Shown here: in pieces, positions 24,109-31,917 of the stretch
How positions within the stretch are numbered: position 1 is the first letter of the stretch
Layout: each line of letters begins with the position of its first letter
NCBI RefSeq assembly: GCF_001457615.1
Contig: NZ_LN831024.1
Location: 1,830,001-1,862,000, forward strand
Direction of reading: 5' to 3'
Length of the DNA: 32,000 nucleotides
Source: Pseudomonas aeruginosa
GTDB lineage: Bacteria > Pseudomonadota > Gammaproteobacteria > Pseudomonadales > Pseudomonadaceae
Translations under genes and position numbers: made by a program
The notes under the pieces: model-generated
What the model saw: the letters and a program-made list of their open reading frames with translations, nothing else
Database searches by the model: none
Told to the model about the DNA's origin: nothing

Positions 24109-24934
24109 GGTAGCTCCTGCGCAGCAGCCATTGGTGGACCAGGGTGATCAGGGTCATCAGGCCGACCAGCACCATGGCCAGGGCGCTGGCCATGTTCGGG
24201 TCGGGGAACACGTCGCCGGCGACCAGCGCGCCGATGCGGATCGGGATCACGTTGAAGTTGCCGGTGGTCAGCGAGTACACCGTGGCGTAGGCGCCGAGGG
24301 CGTTGGCCAGGAGGATGACGAAGGTGCCCAGCAGCGCCGGGGTCAGCACCGGGATGCCGATGTGTCGCCAGTACTGCCAGCCGTTGGCGCCGAGCAGCGC
24401 GGCGGACTCGCGCCAGTCCTCGCGCAGGGCGTCGAAGGCCGGGTAGAGCAGCATCACCCCGAGGGGGATCTGGAAATAGGTGTAGAGGATTATCAGGCCG
24501 GTCTTCGAGTAGAGATTGAAGTCGTCGATCCAGCCGGCCTGCTTGAGCAACAGGGTCAGCGCGCCGTTGAAGCCGAGCAGGATGATGAAGGCGAACGCCA
24601 GCGGTACCCCGGCGAAGTTGCTGGTCATGTTGGAGAAGGCCATGACGAAGTCGCGCAGGCGGCTGTCGACGTGGCGCAGCGAATGGCTGCCGAGCACCGC
24701 GATGAGCAGGCCGAGCAGGCTCGACCAGCCGGCGATCTCCAGGCTGTGGCGGATCGCCTGGCGGTAGAAGGGCGAGCCGAACAGCTCGAGGTAGTTGGCC
24801 AGGCTCCAGGCGTCGCTGGCCTTCAGGCTGTTCAGCGCGACCCAGGCCAGCGGCGCTATCTGGAAAATCACGAAGAACGCCGCGAAGGGCAGCAGGAACA
24901 GCAGCGCCAGCCATTTGCCGGAGAGTCGTTTCAT
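24095..24934 (-). CDS. ABC transporter permease
   Basis: Inside ORF 24095..25165. ATG 24934 gives MKRLSGKWLALLFLLPFAAFFVIF.... It has the EAA-like loop DWRESAALLGANGWQYWRHIGIP. The start overlaps the upstream stop (ATGA), and the 3' end overlaps the next permease by 14 nt. Confidence 0.9.
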   Translation of the reverse strand: MKRLSGKWLALLFLLPFAAFFVIFQIAPLAWVALNSLKASDAWSLANYLELFGSPFYRQAIRHSLEIAGWSSLLGLLIAVLGSHSLRHVDSRLRDFVMAFSNMTSNFAGVPLAFAFIILLGFNGALTLLLKQAGWIDDFNLYSKTGLIILYTYFQIPLGVMLLYPAFDALREDWRESAALLGANGWQYWRHIGIPVLTPALLGTFVILLANALGAYATVYSLTTGNFNVIPIRIGALVAGDVFPDPNMASALAMVLVGLMTLITLVHQWLLRRSYHVAR

Positions 24935-25740
24935 GGGGCGAGCAGCTCCCGGCAGACGGGTTTGTCGTGGGCGGCGCCGAGGATTTCGCAGAGCGTGCCG
25001 CAGAGGTCGGTCTGCAGCGGTTGCGCCAGGTCGTCGCGGCTGAAGGCGTCGCCGAAGACGAACAGCGGCACCTCGCGCTCCTCCTCGAGGATGCCGCCGT
25101 GGCTGCGGTCCTCGTTCATTCCGTGATCGGCGGTGATCGCCACCTGGTAGCCGGCCGCCAGCCACTGGTGCAGGTATTCCGACAGCAGTGCGTCGGCGCG
25201 CCGCGCGGCGTTGCGGTAGGCGGGGCTGGCGAGGCCGTGCCTGTGCCCGGCGTCGTCGATGTTCATCGAGTGGACCAGCATGAAGTTCGGTGCGTGCCGG
25301 CGGCGCAGGCTTTCCGCGTCGGCGAACAGGTGCGAGTCCGGATAGTGGTCGCTCCAGTAGAAGTGTCCGCGCTGGATCGGCAGTGCGCTGTCGTCGGTGT
25401 GGCGGTCGCGGGCCGGGTCGAACGGCGCGCGGTTGTACAGTTCGCTGACCCAGTGGTAGGCCGCTGCCGCGGTACTCAGGCCGGCCGCGCGGGCGTAGTG
25501 GAACAGGCTCTGTTCCTGGCTCAGGCGGACCACGTCGTTGTGCAGGATGCCGCTATCGATCGGCGGCACTCCGGTGAGGATGCATTCGTAGAGCGGCCGG
25601 GACAGCGAAGGCAACTCGCATTCCAGGCGGTACGACTGGCCGCGGCCGGCGCCGCAGAGGGCCTGGAGATGCCCCATGCAGTCGCGGGCGACGCTGTGGT
25701 TGAGGCCGTCCAGCAGGACGAGGATGACGTCGTGGCGCAT
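24931..25740 (-). CDS. Cytoplasmic alkaline-phosphatase-superfamily enzyme (type I phosphodiesterase / nucleotide pyrophosphatase-like, COG1524-type)
   Basis: 269-aa ORF with no signal peptide. Metal and nucleophile motifs of the AlkP/NPP fold are present: VILVLLDGL, LPSLSRPLYECILTG, DDAGHRHG, ITADHGM. Confidence 0.8.
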   Translation of the reverse strand: MRHDVILVLLDGLNHSVARDCMGHLQALCGAGRGQSYRLECELPSLSRPLYECILTGVPPIDSGILHNDVVRLSQEQSLFHYARAAGLSTAAAAYHWVSELYNRAPFDPARDRHTDDSALPIQRGHFYWSDHYPDSHLFADAESLRRRHAPNFMLVHSMNIDDAGHRHGLASPAYRNAARRADALLSEYLHQWLAAGYQVAITADHGMNEDRSHGGILEEEREVPLFVFGDAFSRDDLAQPLQTDLCGTLCEILGAAHDKPVCRELLAP

Positions 25741-25762
25741 TCGGGGTATCCGTCGATGCGGG

Positions 25763-25786
25763 GCGGCCGCCGGGGAGGGCGGCCGC
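25763..25786 (-). other. Intercistronic GC hairpin between the binding-protein gene and the phosphodiesterase gene
   Basis: GCGGCCGCC-N6-GGCGGCCGC, a 9-bp all-GC stem in the 54-nt spacer with no U-tract. Confidence 0.5.
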
Positions 25787-25794
25787 GCTCCGCG

Positions 25795-26853
25795 TCACTG
25801 CATGTTGATGATCACCGCTTCCTGCCACTGCCGCGGCAGGCGCTTGGAGGTTTCCTCCCAGGCCTTGGCGTCCTTGATCGGCTGGGCCTTGGCGTACTGC
25901 TCGTTGGGTAGCAGTTGGGCCTTCACGTCGTCCGGCAGGGTCAGGCTCTCGGCGCGGATCGGTCGCGCGTTGCCCTTGGCCAGGTTGATCTGTCCGGCGT
26001 CGCTGAAGATGTACTCGCGGGCGAGCTTGGCGGCGTTCGGGTGCTTGGCGTACTTGTTGATGATGGTGGTGTAGCCGGAGATCACCGAGCCGTCCGAGGG
26101 GATCAGCACCTCGAAGCGCTCCGGGTCGATCTGCTGGCGGTAGCTGAGGCCGTTGAAGTCCCAGACGATGCCGACTTCGACCTCGCCCTTTTCCAGGGTG
26201 GCGATCACCGGGTTGGTCAGCGACAGGCGGCCCTGCTTGGCGATCTTGCCGAAGAACTCCAGGCCCGGCTTGATGTTCTTCTCGTCGCCGCCGTTGGCGA
26301 TGGCCGCGGCGAGCACCCCATTGACCGCCTGGGCGGCAGCGCTGACGTCGCCGATGGTGACCTTGTACTTGCCCTGCAGCAGGTCGGCCCAGCTGTGCGG
26401 TACGTCCTTCACCAGTTGTTTGTTGACGATGAAGGCGATGGTCCCGGTGTAGGCGAGTGCCCAGTGGCCGTCCTGGTCCTTGGCCCAGGCCGGGATCTGT
26501 TCCCAGGTGCTCGGCTTGTACGGCTGGCTGACGCCCTGCTGCACGGCGATGGGGCCGAAGGCGGCGCCGACGTCGCCGATGTCGGCGCTGGCGTTGTCCT
26601 TCTCGGCCTTGAACTTGGCCAGCTCCTGGGCCGAACTCATGTCGGTATCCATGTGCTTGAGCCCATACTTGCTCTCAAGGTCCTTCCAGGTGTCCTTCCA
26701 GTTCGCCCAGCTGTCGGGCATGCCGACGCTGTTGACCTGGCCTTCCTTGCGCGCGGCCTGTTCCAGCGCCTGCAGGTCCGCTTCGGCGGCCAACGCCAGG
26801 CCGCTGCCGAGGGCGATGGCGGTTCCCAGCAATGAAGCAAGCATGCGTTTCAT
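25795..26853 (-). CDS. ABC transporter periplasmic substrate-binding protein (family 1, iron/thiamine/phosphonate/sugar-phosphate-type cluster)
   Basis: 352-aa ORF with AAGGAG upstream and the signal peptide MKRMLASLLGTAIALGSGLALA/AE. It is the first gene of a run of six co-directional, overlapping or closely spaced genes. Confidence 0.9.
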   Translation of the reverse strand: MKRMLASLLGTAIALGSGLALAAEADLQALEQAARKEGQVNSVGMPDSWANWKDTWKDLESKYGLKHMDTDMSSAQELAKFKAEKDNASADIGDVGAAFGPIAVQQGVSQPYKPSTWEQIPAWAKDQDGHWALAYTGTIAFIVNKQLVKDVPHSWADLLQGKYKVTIGDVSAAAQAVNGVLAAAIANGGDEKNIKPGLEFFGKIAKQGRLSLTNPVIATLEKGEVEVGIVWDFNGLSYRQQIDPERFEVLIPSDGSVISGYTTIINKYAKHPNAAKLAREYIFSDAGQINLAKGNARPIRAESLTLPDDVKAQLLPNEQYAKAQPIKDAKAWEETSKRLPRQWQEAVIINMQ

Positions 26854-26934
26854 TCGGTGCTCCTTCGTTCGAGAGGTTCGGTCGGGCAGCCTCGGGAGTT
26901 CTCGACGCTCCTTCGGGCGGGACTGCCGCGGGTG

Positions 26935-26946
26935 TGGTCTAGATCA
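26935..26946. promoter_or_regulatory. HutC/GntR-type operator-like palindrome TGGTCTAGATCA
   Basis: 11/12 match to the TGGTCTAGACCA core used by HutC-subfamily regulators. It lies in the predicted 5' leader of the ABC operon. Confidence 0.55.
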
Positions 26947-26976
26947 GCAAGACCCAGGCCAATCTAGAGCCGCTGG

Positions 26977-26994
26977 ATGACGGTTTCATGTCAG
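26977..26994 (-). promoter_or_regulatory. Pho-box-like element facing the ABC operon
   Basis: Minus strand: CTGACAT-GAAA-CCGTCAT, two 7-mers each 6/7 to CTGTCAT with a 4-nt spacer. Ten nt further on is TAGATT, a -10-like hexamer (+ coords 26961..26966). Confidence 0.55.
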
Positions 26995-27103
26995 CTAGCC
27001 GCGCCTGGCATCGCCGCGGCTTGCATCCGCAGAAGCGTAGACCATGCTTAAGCCCTCGATTCCATGGGCGCCGGGCGCCTCCGGGAAGACCGTTGTCTTG
27101 TAG

Positions 27104-27121
27104 CTGTCACGTCCCGGTCAT
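27104..27121 (+). promoter_or_regulatory. Pho-box-like element facing the GntR gene
   Basis: CTGTCAC-GTCC-CGGTCAT, each repeat 6/7 with a 4-nt spacer, followed after 10 nt by TAGCAT (27132..27137). Confidence 0.5.
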
Positions 27122-27189
27122 CTGGGTTTCCTAGCATCGGACGAGCCGGAGGCACAGGGCGGGCCGGCGGAAATGCCCCTTGTTGGGGC

Positions 27190-27201
27190 TGGACTAGACC
27201 A
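27190..27201. promoter_or_regulatory. HutC/GntR-type operator-like palindrome TGGACTAGACCA
   Basis: 11/12 match to TGGTCTAGACCA, 16 nt upstream of the GntR ATG and overlapping the region just 5' of its SD (AAGGAAG). Confidence 0.55.
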
Positions 27202-27216
27202 ATAAGGAAGCTGTCG

Positions 27217-27933
27217 ATGCGTGACGAAGCGCTACCCACCGTAACGGCGATCTGCCGGGCGCTCAGCGAGCAGATCGGCCATGGTCTGCTGCCGGCGGGT
27301 GGCAAGCTGCCGGCCGAGCGCAAGCTCAGCGAGCTGTTCGCGACGACCCGGATCACCCTGCGCGAGGCGCTGATCCAACTGGAGTCGCAGGGCCTGATCT
27401 ACCGCGAGGAGCGCCGCGGCTGGTTCGTCTCCCCCGAGCGGCTGGCCTACAACCCGCTGGTCCGCAGTCACTTCCATGCGATGGTCAGCGAACAGGGCCG
27501 GGTGCCGGCGACCGAGGTTCTGTCGGCCCGGCAGATGCCGGCGAGCGCGGCGGTCTGCGAGCTGCTGGAGCTGCCGGCGCTGTCCAGCGTCTACCAGATC
27601 CGCCGGGCGCGGCGGGTGGACGGGCGGCTGGTGCTGTATGTCGAGCACTACCTGAACGCGCAGTACTTCCCCGGGATCCTCGGCCACGACCTGACCCGCT
27701 CGCTGACCGAACTCTATGCCAGCGAGTACGGCATCCACTATGGGCGGGTGCGTTTCGACATGGTGCCCACCGCACTGCATGCCGAGGCTGCGGCGCCGCT
27801 GAAGGTGGCGGTGGGCAGCCCGGCCCTGCGCATCAGCCGGATCAACCGCGACCAGCGTGGTCGGCTGATCGACTGCGACCTGGAGTTCTGGCGCCACGAC
27901 GCCATCCATATCAGCGTCGAGGTACCGCAGTAA
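27217..27933 (+). CDS. GntR family transcriptional regulator, HutC/PhnF subfamily (winged HTH plus UTRA effector domain)
   Basis: Inside ORF 27064..27933; ATG 27217 has AAGGAAG upstream. The N-terminus LPAERKLSELFATTRITLREALIQLESQGLIYREERRGWFV is a GntR wHTH. The C-terminal ~150 aa have the UTRA pattern. Confidence 0.9.
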   Translation: MRDEALPTVTAICRALSEQIGHGLLPAGGKLPAERKLSELFATTRITLREALIQLESQGLIYREERRGWFVSPERLAYNPLVRSHFHAMVSEQGRVPATEVLSARQMPASAAVCELLELPALSSVYQIRRARRVDGRLVLYVEHYLNAQYFPGILGHDLTRSLTELYASEYGIHYGRVRFDMVPTALHAEAAAPLKVAVGSPALRISRINRDQRGRLIDCDLEFWRHDAIHISVEVPQ

Positions 27934-27998
27934 CGCCACGCGTCGACGACCTGCGGCACCTTCTGCGAGGATGGGGCTCCGGGAAAAGGAGCCCTCGC

Positions 27999-28550
27999 AT
28001 GTTCATACTGCCGATTTCGTCCGACCTGCACCTGGAGCTGCTCGACCAGCCGCGCGCGGAGGAACTGTTCCGCCTGGTACGTGCCAACAGCGAGCACCTG
28101 GCGCCCTGGATGCCGTGGGTGCCGCTGACGCAGAGCGTGGACGATACCCGCCGTTTCATTGGCGAAGGCCAGCGGTTGTGGGCGGAGCGCAGGAGCTGCC
28201 GCTGCGGGATCGTAGAATCCGGATGCCTGGTCGGCGTCATCGACCTGCACGACTTCACCGAGGACAGTCGCAGCGCCAGCATCGGCTACTGGCTGGCGGC
28301 GTCCGCGCAAGGGCGCGGGCTGCTGGCCAGGGCGTTGGGGAAGACGATCGAGCTGGGTTTCCTTGGCTACGACCGGCAGCGCCTGGTGATCCGCTGTTCC
28401 ACCGAGAACCTGCGCAGCCAGCGCGCCGCCGAGCGCCAGGGCTTCCGGCGCGACGGAGTGATCCGGGCCAACGAGATCATCGCCGGGCGTGCCCACGACC
28501 ATGCGATCTACACGCTGTTGCGCAGCGAATGGCACGCTGCGCACGCCTGA
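27999..28550 (+). CDS. GNAT family N-acetyltransferase (RimJ/RimL-like)
   Basis: 183-aa ORF with the pattern LHLELL....A.ELF.LV..N..HL..WMPW.......D...FI..., IGYWL....QGRGL, and N..S...AER.GF...G. Confidence 0.88.
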   Translation: MFILPISSDLHLELLDQPRAEELFRLVRANSEHLAPWMPWVPLTQSVDDTRRFIGEGQRLWAERRSCRCGIVESGCLVGVIDLHDFTEDSRSASIGYWLAASAQGRGLLARALGKTIELGFLGYDRQRLVIRCSTENLRSQRAAERQGFRRDGVIRANEIIAGRAHDHAIYTLLRSEWHAAHA

Positions 28551-28553
28551 GTG

Positions 28554-28575
28554 GCCCCGGGCGAATGCCCGGGGC
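28554..28575. terminator. GC hairpin between the convergent GNAT and aminopeptidase genes
   Basis: GCCCCGGGC-GAAT-GCCCGGGGC, a 9-bp stem. A second small hairpin GAGCGC-GCCTG-GCGCTC lies at 28578..28594. There are no clear U-tracts. Confidence 0.5.
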
Positions 28576-28592
28576 GTGAGCGCGCCTGGCGC

Positions 28593-29882
28593 TCAGGGCA
28601 GCTCGCTGCTGGCGTAGAAGGCGCCGAGCACCTTGACCAGGTGCGCCAGGTCATGGCTACCGGCCAGCTCGCGAATCGAGTGCATGGCGAAGGTCGGCAG
28701 GCCTATGTCGACGGTGCGCACGCCGACCTGGCTGGCGGTGATCGGGCCGATGGTCGAGCCGCATCCCATGTCGCTGCGGGTCACGAAGCTCTGCACCGGC
28801 ACTTCGCTGTCCTGGCAGAGGTGGCGGAAGAAGCCGGCGGTTTCGCTGTTGGTGGCATAGCGCTGGTTGCTGTTGATCTTGATCACCGGACCGCCGTTCA
28901 GCGCCGGGCCATGGTTGGCGTCGTGCTTGTCGGCGTAGTTCGGGTGTACGCCATGGGCGTTGTCGGCCGAGACCAGCAGCGAGCGCTGGATCGCCCGGCT
29001 GAAGGCGTCGCCTTCCGGCAGCAGGCGGCGCAGTACCTGTTCGAGGAACGGACCGTCGGCGCCGCAATGCGAACAGGAACCGACTTCCTCGTGGTCGGTG
29101 CAGACCAGGATGCAGTTCTCGTCGCCTTCGGCGTTGAGCAGGGCTTCCAGGCCGGCGTGGCAGGACAGCAGGTTGTCCAGGCGCGCCCCGGCGATGAACT
29201 CGTCGTTGAGACCTACCACCGCGGCGGACTGGGTGTCGTAGAACGACAGCTCGTAGTCCAGTACCACGTCGGCGGTGATGCCGTGCTCGCGCAGCAGCTG
29301 TTCGTCGAGCAGCAGGCGGAAGTCGGCGGCCTCGCCCGGCGCCAGTTGGGCGATGATCGGCGGCAGTTCGTTCTGCGCGTTGATCGGCCAACCCTCGTTG
29401 GCGGCGCGGTTGAGATGGATGGCCAGGTTGGGGATTACCGCGATGGCCTTGCGGAAGTCGACCAGGCGGCTTTCCAGCTTGCCATTGGCGCGGAAGGTGA
29501 CGCGCCCGGCCAGCGACAGGTCGCGGTCGAACCAGGGGGCGAAGAGGGCGCCGCCATAGACTTCGACGCCGAGCTGGAGGAAGCCGTTGCGAGCGATCTC
29601 CGGGTTCGGCTTGACCCGCAGGCAGGGGCTGTCGGTGTGCGCGCCGACCAGGCGGAAGCCGCTTTCCAGGGGCGAGCGACGGCCCAGGCGGATGGCGATC
29701 AGCGACGAGTCGTTACGGGTCACGTAGTAGCGGCCGCCGGTTTCGGTGTGCCAGGCGTCGCGCTCGTCGAGGCGGCGGTAGCCGGCGGCTTCCAGGCGGC
29801 GGGCGAGGCTGGCGGTGGCATGGAAAGGCGTGGGCGAGGCCTTGAGGAAATCGATCAGGCCCTGGTTGAGTTCTGCGCGCAT
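28593..29882 (-). CDS. apeB: M18 family aminopeptidase (aspartyl aminopeptidase-like)
   Basis: Inside ORF 28593..29990. ATG 29882 (GGAG upstream) gives the 429-aa [23 protein letters not shown].... M18 blocks are present: [28 protein letters not shown] and MHS.RE. Confidence 0.92.
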   Translation of the reverse strand: MRAELNQGLIDFLKASPTPFHATASLARRLEAAGYRRLDERDAWHTETGGRYYVTRNDSSLIAIRLGRRSPLESGFRLVGAHTDSPCLRVKPNPEIARNGFLQLGVEVYGGALFAPWFDRDLSLAGRVTFRANGKLESRLVDFRKAIAVIPNLAIHLNRAANEGWPINAQNELPPIIAQLAPGEAADFRLLLDEQLLREHGITADVVLDYELSFYDTQSAAVVGLNDEFIAGARLDNLLSCHAGLEALLNAEGDENCILVCTDHEEVGSCSHCGADGPFLEQVLRRLLPEGDAFSRAIQRSLLVSADNAHGVHPNYADKHDANHGPALNGGPVIKINSNQRYATNSETAGFFRHLCQDSEVPVQSFVTRSDMGCGSTIGPITASQVGVRTVDIGLPTFAMHSIRELAGSHDLAHLVKVLGAFYASSELP

Positions 29883-30016
29883 AGTGGCTCCGGACGGCAA
29901 TCCATGCAGTCTATCGTATTGTCCGACGGGGTTCAGGTCGTTGGCGGCGGGGCCGGCCAGAAAAAGCGGAAGCTGGTCGTTGTATGGCAAGACGGGGTAC
30001 CGGAAATCGGCGGGCG

Positions 30017-30038
30017 GCGTCCCGGCGGGCCGGGACGC
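30017..30038 (-). terminator. Possible terminator hairpin after rluA
   Basis: GCGTCCCGG-N4-CCGGGACGC, 13 nt downstream of the rluA stop, with a weak U-tract. Confidence 0.35.
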
Positions 30039-30050
30039 GGCGGGGAAGGC

Positions 30051-30701
30051 TCAGAACGGCGCCGGCGACTCGAAGCGCAGGCGTTCGCCGCTCTGCGGAT
30101 GGGTCAGGCACAGCAGGCTGGCGTGCAGGCACAGGCGTTCGTGGGCGGCGAGGGCTTCGGGGTTGGCGTAGAGGCGGTCGCCGAGCAGCGGATGGCCGAT
30201 GGAGAGCATGTGCACGCGCAACTGGTGCGAACGGCCGGTGATCGGCGTCAGCTCGACCCTGCTCCAGCGTTCATGACGCTCGATCACACGCCAGAAGGTC
30301 AGGGCGTGGCGGCCGTGCTCGAAGTCCACCACGTGACGCGGCTTGGTCGGCGGGTCGTAGCGCAGCGGCAGCTCGATGCGCCCGCTGTCCAGTTCCGGCA
30401 GGCCCCAGCAAAGGGCGGTATAGGCTTTCTCGGTCTCGCGGTCGTGGAACTGGCGGGACAGCTCGCGGTGGCTGTCGGCGTCGCGGGCGAGCACCATCAG
30501 GCCGGAGGTTTCCCAGTCCAGGCGGTGGACGATGCGGGCCTCGGGATAGCCGTTTTCCTGCAGGCGGGTGACCAGGCAGTCCTTGTTGTCATCGGCGCGG
30601 CCGGGCACCGACAGCAGCAGGGTGGGCTTGTCGACCACCAGCAGGGCGTCATCCTGGTGAACGATTCGGATCTGGGACAGCGGCATAGCGAACGGGCTCA
30701 T
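30051..30701 (-). CDS. rluA: RluA-family pseudouridine synthase
   Basis: 216-aa ORF with the catalytic block HRLDWETSGLMVLAR and a later GRSHQLRVH motif. It is co-directional with minCDE. Confidence 0.9.
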   Translation of the reverse strand: MSPFAMPLSQIRIVHQDDALLVVDKPTLLLSVPGRADDNKDCLVTRLQENGYPEARIVHRLDWETSGLMVLARDADSHRELSRQFHDRETEKAYTALCWGLPELDSGRIELPLRYDPPTKPRHVVDFEHGRHALTFWRVIERHERWSRVELTPITGRSHQLRVHMLSIGHPLLGDRLYANPEALAAHERLCLHASLLCLTHPQSGERLRFESPAPF

Positions 30702-30746
30702 CGCCGGGAGGCGGCAGGGAGCCTGGCGGGCAGGCTCGGTGAAACG

Positions 30747-30773
30747 ACTGCGGCGGCCAATGGCCGCCGCAGT
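30747..30773 (-). terminator. Perfect 12-bp hairpin after minE
   Basis: ACTGCGGCGGCC-AAT-GGCCGCCGCAGT, 17 nt downstream of the minE stop. The minus strand continues CGTTTC. It is a terminator or attenuator between minE and rluA. Confidence 0.55.
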
Positions 30774-30789
30774 ATGGACCCTGGGCGAA

Positions 30790-31044
30790 TCAACGATCCG
30801 GCAGGGTGATGTTGAGTTCCAGGATCGAGCAGTTGCCCTGGTTCTCCAGTTCCACCTGGATCTGCTCCTGGTCGATCGGTACGTACTTGCGGATCACTTC
30901 CAGCAGGTCTTTCTGCAACTGGGGCAGATAATCCGGCTGTGCGCGCTGGCCACGTTCGTGGGCAACGATGATCTGCAGTCGTTCTTTCGCGATGGAAGCG
31001 CTGTTCTGCGATTTCCGACTGCGAAAGAAGTCTAAAAGGCTCAT
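30790..31044 (-). CDS. minE: Cell division topological specificity factor MinE
   Basis: 84-aa [35 protein letters not shown].... Its ATG overlaps the minD stop. Confidence 0.96.
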   Translation of the reverse strand: MSLLDFFRSRKSQNSASIAKERLQIIVAHERGQRAQPDYLPQLQKDLLEVIRKYVPIDQEQIQVELENQGNCSILELNITLPDR

Positions 31045-31856
31045 TCACGTCCTCCGAACAGTCTTTGCAGGAATCCTTTCTTCTGCACATCGAGGAATCG
31101 ATGCGGTATTTCCTTGCCGAGCAGGCGGTCGACCGCATCGCTGTACGCCTGGCCGGCGTCGCTCTGCTCGTCGAGGATCACCGGCACGCCCTGGTTCGAC
31201 GCCTTGAGCACGGCCTGGGATTCCGGGATCACCCCGAGCAGGCGGATGGCGAGGATCTCCTCGACATCGTCGACGCCGAGCATCTCGCCCTTGGTGACGC
31301 GCTCCGGGTTGTAGCGGGTCAGCAGCAGGTGTTCCTTGATCGGCTCCTCGCCTTTCTCGGCGCGCTGCGACTTGCTTGCCAGCAGGCCGAGCATGCGGTC
31401 GGAGTCGCGTACCGAGGAAACCTCGGGGTTGGTCACGACGATCGCTTCGTCGGCGAAGTACATGGCCAGGTGGGCGCCTTTCTCGATGCCCGCCGGGGAG
31501 TCGCAGATGATGTATTCGAAATCCTTGCGCAGTTCGGCCATGACTTTCTCGACGCCTTCCTTGGTCAGGGCGTCCTTGTCGCGGGTCTGGCTGGCGGCCA
31601 GGACATGCAGGTTTTCGAGGCGCTTGTCCTTGATCAGGGCCTGGGTGAGGGTGGCCTCGCCGTTGACGACGTTGACGAAGTCGTACACCACGCGGCGTTC
31701 GCAGCCCATGATAAGGTCGAGGTTACGCAGGCCGACGTCGAAGTCGACGATGACGGTCTTGAAACCGCGCAAGGCCAGGCCGGTGCCGATAGCTGCGCTG
31801 GTGGTGGTTTTACCGACGCCACCCTTACCGGAAGTGACTACGAGAATTTTGGCCAA
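31041..31856 (-). CDS. minD: Septum site-determining ATPase MinD
   Basis: 271-aa ORF (M)[17 protein letters not shown] with the deviant Walker A motif. The start codon is TTG (+ strand CAA at 31854..31856) and GGGGTGA lies upstream. Confidence 0.96.
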   Translation of the reverse strand: MAKILVVTSGKGGVGKTTTSAAIGTGLALRGFKTVIVDFDVGLRNLDLIMGCERRVVYDFVNVVNGEATLTQALIKDKRLENLHVLAASQTRDKDALTKEGVEKVMAELRKDFEYIICDSPAGIEKGAHLAMYFADEAIVVTNPEVSSVRDSDRMLGLLASKSQRAEKGEEPIKEHLLLTRYNPERVTKGEMLGVDDVEEILAIRLLGVIPESQAVLKASNQGVPVILDEQSDAGQAYSDAVDRLLGKEIPHRFLDVQKKGFLQRLFGGRE

Positions 31857-31917
31857 GGTGATTCACCCCAATGAAAAACGTAAGAATTCTGGTCCCTGAA
31901 AGTGGCGGCAGTATCCG

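Noticed and set aside
23221-24960. Apparent 1-nt frame disruptions when I translate the printed lines starting at 23221, 23281 and 24901 by eye (in the ATPase/permease junction and the permease/phosphodiesterase junction)
   Set aside because: The supplied ORF track shows uninterrupted frames with intact Walker A and permease sequences across these points, and coordinates on both sides agree with the track. I attribute the offsets to my manual reading at line boundaries and not to pseudogenes or programmed frameshifts. Coordinates in this stretch are taken from the ORF track.
28551-30809. 752-aa ORF on the + strand. The same reasoning applies to 10419..12122 (+), 8032..9192 (-), 16741..18111 (+), 24107..25126 (+) and 25915..26835 (+).
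   Set aside because: All of these are antisense to confidently identified genes (apeB and rluA, BASS and rdgC, LplT-PlsC, the EAL protein, the permease and phosphodiesterase, the SBP). They have repetitive Arg/Gly/Ala/Asp/His-rich translations and no motifs.
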